Assembly (NCBI GenBank): GCA_046727415.1
Contig: JBKPCO010000021.1
Location: 34,052-98,051 of the forward strand
DNA: 64,000 bases
DNA from: Candidatus Methylomirabilota bacterium
GTDB taxonomy: Bacteria > Methylomirabilota > Methylomirabilia > Rokubacteriales > CSP1-6
Reading direction: 5' to 3'
A program made the position numbers and the translations under genes. How positions within the stretch are numbered: position 1 is the stretch's first letter; every line of letters starts with the position of its first letter. The notes under the pieces were generated by a model. The model was given only the letters and a program-made list of their open reading frames with translations, was not told the DNA's origin and ran no database searches. Positions 1 to 8,425 of the stretch are shown in pieces.

Positions 1-23
1 GCGTCAGCGCCGTCTGGTGCGGG

Positions 24-362
24 TCACCGCGCGACGCGGAACGAGAAGCGCCCGCTGACGACGTGACCGTCGGTGGAGAGCACCCGCCACTCGACGCGCC
101 AGGCGCCGGGGTCGAGAGACGGCACCGCGGCGGTGAGGCGATCCGCGGGCCCGTCCGCCAGCATCGTGACAGGCCGCGCACCGCCGCGCTCGTCGACCAG
201 GCGGATCGTGGAGAGCTTTTTCTCGATGCGGTTGTTGAAGCGCAGGGAGATTTCCGACGGCGGAGCGGCGAGCTGCGCGTCGGCCGCGGGCGTCGATTCC
301 AGGAGCAGCGAGTGCGCGCGGGCGCTAGGGGCGAGCGTCAGCAGGAGGATGCCGGCGGCCAT
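24..362 (-). CDS. copC: CopC-family copper resistance protein. Only the C-terminal 112 codons of ORF 24..1202 are real.
   Basis: The C-terminal 112 aa of the ORF carries a signal peptide (MAAGILLLTLAPSARA) and CopC-like motifs (HSLLLESTP, LRFNNRIE, WRVLSTDGHVVSGRFSFRV). An ATG lies at 362. The upstream 280 aa of the ORF is Arg/Gly-rich off-frame junk. Confidence 0.65.
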   Translation of the reverse strand: MAAGILLLTLAPSARAHSLLLESTPAADAQLAAPPSEISLRFNNRIEKKLSTIRLVDERGGARPVTMLADGPADRLTAAVPSLDPGAWRVEWRVLSTDGHVVSGRFSFRVAR

Positions 363-376
363 GACGACGGCCCGCT

Positions 377-1357
377 TCAACGCCAGTCGTCGAGGACGAG
401 ATCGTCGGGATCCTCGTAGTCCTCCTGCTTGCCCCGCTGCATCCGGATCATCGTGAAGTCGATCTGGTATCCGCATTGGACGAGGATGTTGTACGCCGTC
501 CAGTAGCGAGCATACACGGGCAGGATCACTCGCTGCACCCCGAGCTCCTGCCCGAGGCTCTCGAGGGCGCTGACGAACTGCTCGAGGTGCTCCGGCTTGC
601 GGTGCGGCGGGTCGATCGCCAGGAACTTCACGTAGAGGGCGCCGGTCGGCGCCTCGCTCACACCCGGCGCGTGGCAGATCGCGAAGCCGATGAGATCGCG
701 GCCGCGCTCCAGCAGGACCGTGTCGCCCAGGGCGAGGCCGTCGACGATCTCGATCTCTTTCGCGAGGTCCATCCCCCGGCAGACCGCGTTGGTGATGCGA
801 TGTATCCGCGCCAGCGCCGCCTTCTTCTTGGCCTCCTCGAGCGTCGAGAACCGGCGCGTCGCCAGCGGCGCCTTGCCGGGCTTGGGCGCAGCCGGCGCGC
901 GGGCCGCCCCGCGATCGATCGTCCGGCTCATGATGGCGGTCAGCTGCTTGGGCCGGTAGCCGAACTTGTGGTAGAGGTACAGGTGCTTGGGGCTCGTCGG
1001 GTACGTGACGCAGCCGTGCAGCGTCGCCTTGTTCTCGTCGAAGAACTCCTGGGCCGCCCGGATGAGCTGCTGGCCGATCGTCTGGTTGTGATAGTTCGTC
1101 AGCACCGCCACCGGTCCCAGCACGCCGACCGTGCCCCACGTTACCGCCAGCGCGGCGCCCACGATCTTCGCGCCGTCCTCCTCGGCCACGAAGCAGCCCC
1201 ACGGCTCCATGAGCCAGCGGTGGTGCACGTACTGCGCGCCGCCGAAGGCCTGCCGAGGTCGCGTGCCGAGCTGGCGCTCCAGGAAGTCGCCGAAGGTCTG
1301 CTCCATCACGTCGCGGATCTTCGACAGGTCGCCCTTGCGGACGCGACGAATCTGAAC
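377..1357 (-). CDS. GNAT-family N-acetyltransferase with tandem GNAT domains.
   Basis: ORF 377..1648 has two acetyltransferase-like halves (LIGFAICH, RVILPVYARYWTAYNIL, and others). The N-terminal 100 aa is Arg-rich junk. The likely start is the GTG at about 1357 or the ATG at 1306 (MEQTFGDF). Confidence 0.55.
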   Translation of the reverse strand, partial: VQIRRVRKGDLSKIRDVMEQTFGDFLERQLGTRPRQAFGGAQYVHHRWLMEPWGCFVAEEDGAKIVGAALAVTWGTVGVLGPVAVLTNYHNQTIGQQLIRAAQEFFDENKATLHGCVTYPTSPKHLYLYHKFGYRPKQLTAIMSRTIDRGAARAPAAPKPGKAPLATRRFSTLEEAKKKAALARIHRITNAVCRGMDLAKEIEIVDGLALGDTVLLERGRDLIGFAICHAPGVSEAPTGALYVKFLAIDPPHRKPEHLEQFVSALESLGQELGVQRVILPVYARYWTAYNILVQCGYQIDFTMIRMQRGKQEDYEDPDDLVLDDWR

Positions 1358-1407
1358 TTTGGGTAGTCGCCCCTGCGGATCGAGGCCCGCGCGATCGACG
1401 GTGGCCC

Positions 1408-2292
1408 TCACCGGGAGAGGCCCGCGATGTCTTCCAGCAGCGTGATCACTCCAGAGTGATCGAGGCCTCCGCGCCCCTTCACCCGCAGGGCGCTGAACAG
1501 CTCCTGGACCACCGCGGTCGTGGGCAGCGGCACGCCGAGGGCGCGCGCCGACTCCATGATGAGCCCCAGATCCTTGAAGTGCAGGTCGATCTTGAAGCCG
1601 GGATTGTAGGTGTCGGCGAGGTAGTTCGGCTTCTTCTGATCGAGGCACTTCGAGCCGGCCAGGCCGCCGGCGAGCGCGGTCAGCGTCAGGTCGCGATCGA
1701 GTCCCGCCTTCTTCGCGAGCGTCAAGGCCTCGGCGAGCGCCGTCAGGTTCACGGCGACGATGATCTGATTCGCGAGCTTCGTGAAGCCGCCGAAGCCGAG
1801 CGGGCCGAGGTGCGTGATGGTCTTGCCCATCGCCTGGAAGATCGGCAGGACGGCGTCGAAGACAGCCTTGTCGCCGCCGACCATGATCGACAGCGCGCCG
1901 TCGATCGCGCCCTTCTCGCCGCCGGACACCGGCGCGTCGAGCATCCTCACGGATTTCGCGGCGAGCGCCTCGCCCACCTTCTTGGAGACGATCGGCGAGA
2001 TGGTCGACATATCCACGAACAGGAGGCCGGGGCGCGCGCCCTCGATGATGCCATCGCGGCCGAGCGCCACCAGCTCGACGTCCGGCGAGTTGGGCAGCAT
2101 CGTGATGAGCACGTCCGACTGCGCCGCGACGTCGCGCGGAGAGCTGCCGACCTTGGCGCCGGCGCGCACGATCTCGTCGACCGGCCCTCGACTCCTACTG
2201 TGCACAACGAGGGGGTAGCCGGCCTTCAATAGGTTCTGAGCCATCGGGCGCCCCATGATGCCGAGTCCAATAAATCCAATCACTTGCGCCAT
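1408..2292 (-). CDS. NAD-binding 3-hydroxyisobutyrate dehydrogenase / 2-hydroxy-3-oxopropionate (tartronate semialdehyde) reductase family protein.
   Basis: The N-terminus is MAQVIGFIGLGIMGRPMAQNLLKAG (Rossmann GxGxxG). The HIBADH family is signalled by DAPVSGG, and the length is about 295 aa. The ATG is at 2292. Confidence 0.85.
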   Translation of the reverse strand: MAQVIGFIGLGIMGRPMAQNLLKAGYPLVVHSRSRGPVDEIVRAGAKVGSSPRDVAAQSDVLITMLPNSPDVELVALGRDGIIEGARPGLLFVDMSTISPIVSKKVGEALAAKSVRMLDAPVSGGEKGAIDGALSIMVGGDKAVFDAVLPIFQAMGKTITHLGPLGFGGFTKLANQIIVAVNLTALAEALTLAKKAGLDRDLTLTALAGGLAGSKCLDQKKPNYLADTYNPGFKIDLHFKDLGLIMESARALGVPLPTTAVVQELFSALRVKGRGGLDHSGVITLLEDIAGLSR

Positions 2293-2397
2293 GGACCCCC
2301 CGATCTCGAGCGAGTGAGCTAAAGAGCTAATAATTAACACGGCCGCGCGGAAGGGGTCAAGGGAGCGGCGCGTACGGATGCGAGAACGGCAGGATCA

Positions 2398-2421
2398 GAT
2401 CGGGCCCTTCGGGGCCCGATC
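2398..2421 (-). terminator. Candidate intrinsic terminator hairpin downstream of the AOR gene.
   Basis: A perfect 10-bp stem GATCGGGCCC-ttcg-GGGCCCGATC lies immediately 3' of the AOR stop on the minus strand. There is no clear U-tract. Confidence 0.35.
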
Positions 2422-2432
2422 TGCTTGAAACT

Positions 2433-4382
2433 CTAAGCCTTCTTGCCCCAGAGATCCCTGGCGAGCCAGTCGAGCCCGAGGCCCTTCAGGGTCTGGGGCA
2501 AGGGCTTGCCGCTCTTCCTGTCGAAACCGACCTCGCTGTACCAGGTGTCGAGCATCTGCTCCCACTGCGCTCGGATGGCCTGCCCCTTCGCAGGACCGTC
2601 AACCGGCGTCGAGCCGTAGCGCGCCGAGGGATATTCGAGCGCGCCGGTGTGGCCGCAGCGGAGCGCGGTCGCGCGGTTGATGGCGGCGGTGCGCTTCCCG
2701 AACCGCAGCGCTTCGTCGACCGTGAAATTCCAGCCGGTCGCCGCCGAGAGGGCGCGGCAGATGTACTCGAGCCGCACGCGCGACGTGAAGATGCAGATGC
2801 CGAGCGAATCCTCGAAGCTCCGGCGTCCGCGCAGCCCGGCGACGTACTTGGCCACCTGCTCGCCGTCGAACGGGTTGATCCGCGCCGGCTGCCCGATCTC
2901 GGTGGGGTGCACAGGGTTACCCGTCTCCATCGTGGCGGTCGACGACGTGCACGTGTCGAGCATCTCTTCCCACCGCGCGCGGTGGTCGTGGCCGCGCGGC
3001 GTGGCACCCTTCTCGATGTAGACCGCGCACTCCTTGGCGGCCCCGCCGAGCTTCTCGGCGGCGCGCTTGACGCCGTCGGCGAGGAAGTCGCCGAAGCCTT
3101 CGCGGCGGCTCACCATCCAGAGGAGCCGCTGCGCGCCCTTGATGTCGCCCCACTTGAGCTCGAAGCCGAGCTGCTCGCGAGTGATGTAGCCCTTCTCCTG
3201 ACACTCCATCACCCAGCCACAGAGCCAGCCCCACTCGTTGACGTCGACGCAGGCCTTGTCGCACTCGGTGTTGAGCCAGGCGACGCCGTCGCGGTCCGCC
3301 GCGCCGATCGCCCAGCCGCAGCCGGACCAGCCCTCGTACTCGGGCTCGTCGACGATCTGCCCCTTCTGCGCGCCCTGGCGGATGACCGACATGTGGCAGT
3401 GGTGCATGCCGCAGGCGTTGCACTGATGGCCGCGGTGGTCGAAGTTCTCGCGGAGCTTCGGCGCCTCCCAGACGCTCATGTCGGCGCCTTCGACGTTCGA
3501 CGTCAGGTTGGTGGTGTAGTTCTTGATGGGCAGGGCGCCCATCTTCGAGAGGTTCACGACGCCGGGCAGCGTGCCGTACTCGTAGAGCGAGCGCGCCGAC
3601 GGGTCGGTTTGTAAATCGTGCGACATGTCCTGGGCCGCCTGCATCAGGCCGCGCGGATCGGCGGCGTGGAGCGCCTTCGTGCCCTTCACGATCGCGACCG
3701 CCTTGAGCCGCTTCTTGCCCATGACGGCGCCGCAGCCGTTCTTGGAAGCGACGTGGCCGAAGTCGCCCTGAATGGCCGCGAAGCGCACGAGGTTCTCGCC
3801 GGCCGGGCCGATCGAGTAGACCGAGAGCTGGTGGCCGGCCAGGCCGGTTTCCTTGTAGAGCGCGTTCTGAGTCTCCCACGTGTCCAGCCCGAGGAGCGAC
3901 TTGGCGTCGCGCAGCTCGACGACGTCGTCGTTGATGTAGAGATAGACCCAGTCCTTCGACTGCCCCTGGATGATGATCGCGTCGTAGCCGCAATACTTGA
4001 GGTTCGTGCCGAAGAAGCCGTTGGCCTGGGTCGAAGTGGGGCCGTTGGTGCCGGGCCCGATGGTGCAGACGGTGAGACCGCCCGTGCCCCACACCGGCAG
4101 ACCGGCCAGAGGCCCTGTTCCCAGGACGAGCCGGTTCTCGGGATGGTCCCACGCCACGTTGCCCTTACCGCCCTTCGTCGCCGTCTCGCGATAGAGGATC
4201 ATCGCGCCGACACCGACGCCGCCGAGCAATTCACGCTGGGCCTCGGGAGACCACGGCTCGGCCCGGCACGTGCGGCGCGAGAGATCGACGCGCAGCAAGT
4301 TGCCGGCGAAGCCGCCCGGGCGCGGGGTCGTCGCGGTCTTCGACTTGGGACGCTTGGGCGCGGTCGCGGTTGCGGGACTCAT
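2433..4382 (-). CDS. aor: Tungsten-containing aldehyde:ferredoxin oxidoreductase (AOR family) catalytic subunit.
   Basis: About 640 aa with AOR-family blocks: LRVDLS at the N-terminus, GNVAWDHPENRLVLGTGPLAG, the cysteine-rich C-CXXC segment HQCNACGMHHCH, and a C-terminal AOR domain. The N-terminal few codons are uncertain. Confidence 0.85.
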   Translation of the reverse strand: MSPATATAPKRPKSKTATTPRPGGFAGNLLRVDLSRRTCRAEPWSPEAQRELLGGVGVGAMILYRETATKGGKGNVAWDHPENRLVLGTGPLAGLPVWGTGGLTVCTIGPGTNGPTSTQANGFFGTNLKYCGYDAIIIQGQSKDWVYLYINDDVVELRDAKSLLGLDTWETQNALYKETGLAGHQLSVYSIGPAGENLVRFAAIQGDFGHVASKNGCGAVMGKKRLKAVAIVKGTKALHAADPRGLMQAAQDMSHDLQTDPSARSLYEYGTLPGVVNLSKMGALPIKNYTTNLTSNVEGADMSVWEAPKLRENFDHRGHQCNACGMHHCHMSVIRQGAQKGQIVDEPEYEGWSGCGWAIGAADRDGVAWLNTECDKACVDVNEWGWLCGWVMECQEKGYITREQLGFELKWGDIKGAQRLLWMVSRREGFGDFLADGVKRAAEKLGGAAKECAVYIEKGATPRGHDHRARWEEMLDTCTSSTATMETGNPVHPTEIGQPARINPFDGEQVAKYVAGLRGRRSFEDSLGICIFTSRVRLEYICRALSAATGWNFTVDEALRFGKRTAAINRATALRCGHTGALEYPSARYGSTPVDGPAKGQAIRAQWEQMLDTWYSEVGFDRKSGKPLPQTLKGLGLDWLARDLWGKKA

Positions 4383-5704
4383 ACGGCTACTGGAGTCTCC
4401 CCGGGCGCCTTCGACGGACGCCCCAGAATGGTTTCGGGCAGCAAGGCACTCGTCGTCTTGGTCGCGATGAAGGCCGGCTTGATGTCGAACGGGTTCGCCT
4501 TGAGATGCGCTTTCCAGCGTCCGAGCCCGACGCCGGACTGGACGAGGCCCTTGAGCATGCCGACGTCGTTGGTGGTCCAGATATCGCTCGAGGGGCCGAG
4601 GATGATCGCGCCGATGAGCCGCTCGCCCCGCCAGAGAAGCTTGCGATACGCGGGCCGGTCGGCCTTGACGCCCGATGCCGTCTCCGCCTTGGCGTCGTCC
4701 CAGGCGCCGAACGACGCCACGTCGAGATGGCAGACCTCGACGATGTTGATGATGAGGCTGCCTCGATACGACACGGCCTTGCCGGCCATGTTGGCGCCGA
4801 CCACGCGGCCGTGCTCCTGCGCGGTCGGCTCGATCGCGTGCACCGCGTTCGCGCCCGAGATCAGATCGCGCCCCTCGGCCACGTCACCGGCGGCGTACAC
4901 GTTCGGCACGCTCGAGCGCAGATGATCGTCGACGACGATCCCCTGATTCACCCGCACGCCCGAGTCTTTGAGCCAGTCGAGATTCGTCCGGATCCCGGTG
5001 GCCATGATCACGACGTCGGCCACCAGGTCGCCGCCGGTGGTGAAGCTGAGCTTCTGCCGGCCCTTCACGTCCGCGATCTTCGTGAGCCGCACGCCGGTGC
5101 GCACCTTGACGCCGTGCCGCGTGAGCCACGCCTCGACGAGCCCGGCGCCGGTGTCGTCGATCATCCGCGGCAGGATGCGCGGCGCCACCTCGATGATCGT
5201 CAGCGTGGCGCCAAGGGCCAGGATGGAATTCAGGATGGTGAACGCGATGAAGCCCGCGCCGACCATGACGACGTGACTGCCCGGGCGAATCTGCGCGACG
5301 ACGCCCCGGGCCTGCTCGAGGGTCCAGAAGGAGTGGACGCCCGGGCCGTCGGCGCCCGGGACCGGCGCCCGCACCGCCGAGGAGCCGGTGGCGATCAGGC
5401 AATCGTCGTACTCGACCTTGGTGCCGTCGTCCAGCGTGCACACGTTCGCCTTCGTGTCGAGCGCCGTCACGCGCTTGCCCACGTGCGCCGTCACGCCCCA
5501 GCCGGCCAGCACCTTCGGGGTCGCGGTGAATACGTGCGACTCGGCGATCGAGCGGTCGAGGTAGTACGGCAGAACCATGCGCGAGTACGGCCACTCGGCG
5601 CTCACCAGCGTGATCGTCGACCGCTCGGTCTCCTCCTCGCGGATCGTCCGGATCGCGTTCATCCCCGCGGTACCGCCGCCGATGATCAGGTGTCGGGCCG
5701 CCAT
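4379..5704 (-). CDS. FAD/NAD(P)-binding pyridine nucleotide-disulfide oxidoreductase (AorC-like electron-transfer subunit).
   Basis: The N-terminus MAARHLIIGGGTAGMNAI is a dinucleotide-binding motif, a second one is HVVMVGAGFIAF, and the length is 441 aa. There is a 4-nt overlap with the AOR gene and a 1-nt overlap with the ferredoxin gene. Confidence 0.85.
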   Translation of the reverse strand: MAARHLIIGGGTAGMNAIRTIREEETERSTITLVSAEWPYSRMVLPYYLDRSIAESHVFTATPKVLAGWGVTAHVGKRVTALDTKANVCTLDDGTKVEYDDCLIATGSSAVRAPVPGADGPGVHSFWTLEQARGVVAQIRPGSHVVMVGAGFIAFTILNSILALGATLTIIEVAPRILPRMIDDTGAGLVEAWLTRHGVKVRTGVRLTKIADVKGRQKLSFTTGGDLVADVVIMATGIRTNLDWLKDSGVRVNQGIVVDDHLRSSVPNVYAAGDVAEGRDLISGANAVHAIEPTAQEHGRVVGANMAGKAVSYRGSLIINIVEVCHLDVASFGAWDDAKAETASGVKADRPAYRKLLWRGERLIGAIILGPSSDIWTTNDVGMLKGLVQSGVGLGRWKAHLKANPFDIKPAFIATKTTSALLPETILGRPSKAPGETPVAV

Positions 5705-6174
5705 CAGCGCGCTCCGGTGAGGACCCGCACGGTCCGCTCAGCCGCGAAGTCGCCGAGCCAATCGCCGGTCGCGACGTCCTCGTAGGTGATGGCGGCCGTC
5801 GGGCACGCCTCCGCGCACGCCGGGGCGCCGCCGCACAGGTTGCACTTGAAGGCCTTGCGCGTCGACGGGTCGTAGAACATCGTTCCGTAGGGGCAGGCGA
5901 TCGTGCAGAGCTTGCAGCCGACGCAGCGGTCGTCGAGCACGTCCTTGGCGCCGACGGCGCTGATGGTGATCGCGCCGACCGGGCACGCCGTCATGCACCA
6001 CCCTTCGGCGCACTGCGTACACGTGTACGGCGCGTATGACGTATGGCCCTCGAATGGAGAGACGCGGATGACCGACTTCGCGGGCTGGTAGTCGCCCGTC
6101 TGCATGTAGGAGCACGCCAGCTCGCAGCGCAGGCACCCCGTGCACTTCTCCGGGTGAATTCTGAGAACGCTCAC
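5704..6174 (-). CDS. Ferredoxin with four [4Fe-4S] cluster motifs (AorA-like).
   Basis: 156 aa with four CxxCxxCxxxCP-type motifs (CTGCLRCELAC, CTQCAEGWCMTACP, CVGCKLCTIACP, CNLCGGAPACAEACP). Confidence 0.85.
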   Translation of the reverse strand: MSVLRIHPEKCTGCLRCELACSYMQTGDYQPAKSVIRVSPFEGHTSYAPYTCTQCAEGWCMTACPVGAITISAVGAKDVLDDRCVGCKLCTIACPYGTMFYDPSTRKAFKCNLCGGAPACAEACPTAAITYEDVATGDWLGDFAAERTVRVLTGAR

Positions 6175-6491
6175 CGCTTCTTCCTTTCGCCGCGCCGGTG
6201 CACGCCGCGCTCCAGCCGGCCGATGAACTCGTCGAGCGGGATCGCCGCCATTGTCATGCCGGCGACGCCGCCGCGCGCGCCGAGCTCGACGGACACACGC
6301 GAGATGGTGGCGTTATCCGGCGCCTCGATGATGGTGACGAAATCGTAGGGGCCCAGGACCGCGTACTGCGCGACGACGCGTGCGCCCATGCGCTGCACGT
6401 CGGCGTTGACCTTCCGGATCCATCCCGGGCGACCGCGCAACACCTTGCGTCCCGATTCGGACAGCGTGCTCAGCATCACGTACGTCGACAC
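6171..6491 (-). CDS. GYD domain-containing protein.
   Basis: 106 aa beginning MSTYVMLSTLSESGRKVL, typical of GYD. The start is a GTG at 6491 with a GGAGG Shine-Dalgarno 6 nt upstream. It overlaps the ferredoxin start by 4 nt (ATGA). Confidence 0.6.
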   Translation of the reverse strand: MSTYVMLSTLSESGRKVLRGRPGWIRKVNADVQRMGARVVAQYAVLGPYDFVTIIEAPDNATISRVSVELGARGGVAGMTMAAIPLDEFIGRLERGVHRRGERKKR

Positions 6492-6557
6492 GGCGAGCCT
6501 CCTCGGCCGTTCGCGCGCTAACTCAGCGAACGCGCCGACGCAGCGGTCGGCAGTATA

Positions 6558-7460
6558 TCAAACGGGCGCTTCGCGGTTTGATGCTCTCAGGAACATATAC
6601 ACCGACGAGAAATCCTTCCGGCCGAAACCGTGCGAGGACGCGAGCCGGAGCGCCTGCTGCGCCGCCGGCGCCACGACCACCGGCACCCGCAGCTCGCGCG
6701 CGGCGTTGACGGCGAGCCCGAGATCCTTCGCCATCAGGTCGGTCGTGAAGCCCGGCGCGTAGTCGCGGCTCGACGGGGCCTTGCCGACGAGGCCCGGGAC
6801 CGGATGCATGTGCTCCATCACCCAGGTGTTGCCCGACGACTTGGAGATGACGTCGGTCAGGACTTTCGGATCGACCCCGAAGCCCTCGGCGATCCGGAAT
6901 GCCTCACTGACCGCCACGGCGGCGACGCCGGCGATCAGGTTGTTGCAGAGCTTGGCGACCTCGCCCGATCCCACCGGGCCAACGTGGATGATGTTGGCGC
7001 CCATCGCCGCCAGCACCGGGCGGGCCTCCTCGAAGTCGCGCGCGTCGCCCCCCACCATGATGGCCAGTGTCCCGTCTTCCGCGCGCGGAACGCCGCCGGA
7101 GACCGGCGCGTCGAGGAAACGCGCGCCGCGCGCCGTCGCCGCCTCGGCGATCCGGCGCGAGACGCTCGGGTCGATCGTCGACATGTCGACGCACAGGCGG
7201 CCGCGGGCAACGCTCTCGAGGACCCCGCCGGCACCGAGGTACACCGACTCGGCGTGCGACGACGAGGGCAGGATGGTGATCACCAGCTCGGCGTCGCGGG
7301 CGGCGGCCGCCGCCGAGGCGGCGCGCGCGGCCCCGGCCCGGACGGCGCCGTCCAGCGCGGCCTCGGCCACGTCGTATGCGCTCACGGCGTGCCCCTTCTT
7401 CACGAGGTTCGCCAGCATCGGCCGCCCCATGGCTCCGGTTCCGATGAATCCGATCTTCAT
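6558..7460 (-). CDS. HIBADH-family NAD-binding dehydrogenase (second paralog).
   Basis: The N-terminus is MKIGFIGTGAMGRPMLANLVKKGH, and DAPVSGG and LCNNLIAG are present. 300 aa. Confidence 0.85.
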   Translation of the reverse strand: MKIGFIGTGAMGRPMLANLVKKGHAVSAYDVAEAALDGAVRAGAARAASAAAAARDAELVITILPSSSHAESVYLGAGGVLESVARGRLCVDMSTIDPSVSRRIAEAATARGARFLDAPVSGGVPRAEDGTLAIMVGGDARDFEEARPVLAAMGANIIHVGPVGSGEVAKLCNNLIAGVAAVAVSEAFRIAEGFGVDPKVLTDVISKSSGNTWVMEHMHPVPGLVGKAPSSRDYAPGFTTDLMAKDLGLAVNAARELRVPVVVAPAAQQALRLASSHGFGRKDFSSVYMFLRASNREAPV

Positions 7461-7497
7461 GGACGGATCCTCCTTGCTCGCGGGCTATGATCGCGGG

Positions 7498-8391
7498 GTG
7501 CCGCAAGCCCGTCAAGCGTCCTGGACCGCGGGCGGTCTCATCCTCATCGGGCTGGCCGCGATGCTGTGGGGCACGAGCGGATCGGTGATGGTCGTGCTCG
7601 GCGACCGCGCGGCAGCCAGCGCGCTCCTGGTCGGTCTCGCGCGGCTCTGGATCGCCGCCCTCCTCCTGCTGGGGGCGGCCCTGGTCACCGGCGTGTCGCT
7701 GGCTGTCGCCCCACGCGATCGCTGGCGCTGCCTCGCGATGGGCGCGTGCATGGCCGGCTATCAGGCTGCTTATTTCCCGGCGGTCACGCTCGGAGGCATC
7801 GTGATCGTGGCGCTCGTCGCGATCTGCTCGGCGCCGCTCGTCATCGCCGCGCTCGCCCCGTGGCTCCTGGGTGAGCGCCAGTCGCGACCGGTACACGCAG
7901 CGCTCGGTCTCGGGGTGCTCGGCACCGCGCTCCTGGTAGCGGCCCCGGGCGCCGTGCTGCCACCGCGCTTCGCCGGCGGCGCGCTGCTCGCTCTGGTCGC
8001 CGGTCTCGCCTACGCGCTCTATGTGCTGGCGGCCAAGGCGAGCCTCGCGCGGTCCTCGCCGCTGCCCCTGGCCGCGCTCACGTTCACGGTCGCGGCCGTT
8101 CTCCTGACGCCCGTCCTCTTCTGGATTCCCGCGCCCGGGCCGCAGCTCGCGGCGGGCTGGCCCTGGCTTCTCTATCTCGGCGGAATTGCGACGGCGGGCG
8201 CCTACGCGATGTACACCGTCGGGCTTCGCCACGTGCCGGCCTCGGTGGCCGGAGTCACGACGCTCCTCGAGCCGCTCACCGCCACGATTCTCGGCGTGGC
8301 GCTGTTCGGCGAGCGGCTGGGCGCCGGCGGCTGGCTCGGCTCCCTGCTGCTGCTCATCGCGCTCGGCCTTCTGGCCGTCTACCGGCGCTGA
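7498..8391 (+). CDS. EamA/DMT-family drug/metabolite transporter.
   Basis: Ten predicted TM segments with duplicated EamA features (LWGTSG...; ALYVLAAKA...LGERL). ORF 6781..8391 upstream of about 7459 is antisense to the preceding gene. The start is either the GTG at 7498 or the ATG at 7459. Confidence 0.75.
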   Translation: MPQARQASWTAGGLILIGLAAMLWGTSGSVMVVLGDRAAASALLVGLARLWIAALLLLGAALVTGVSLAVAPRDRWRCLAMGACMAGYQAAYFPAVTLGGIVIVALVAICSAPLVIAALAPWLLGERQSRPVHAALGLGVLGTALLVAAPGAVLPPRFAGGALLALVAGLAYALYVLAAKASLARSSPLPLAALTFTVAAVLLTPVLFWIPAPGPQLAAGWPWLLYLGGIATAGAYAMYTVGLRHVPASVAGVTTLLEPLTATILGVALFGERLGAGGWLGSLLLLIALGLLAVYRR

Positions 8392-8425
8392 TCGATGGCC
8401 GCACTCGCTCGACCGGTGCCTGCCG

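Noticed and set aside
363-1202. N-terminal 280 aa of ORF 24..1202.
   Set aside because: It is Arg/Gly-rich junk overlapping the GNAT gene in another frame. Only the C-terminal CopC segment, with its own ATG and signal peptide, is real.
6781-7497. N-terminal 240 aa of ORF 6781..8391.
   Set aside because: It is antisense to the HIBADH gene at 6558..7460 and is non-hydrophobic. The EamA transporter begins at the GTG at 7498 or the ATG at 7459.
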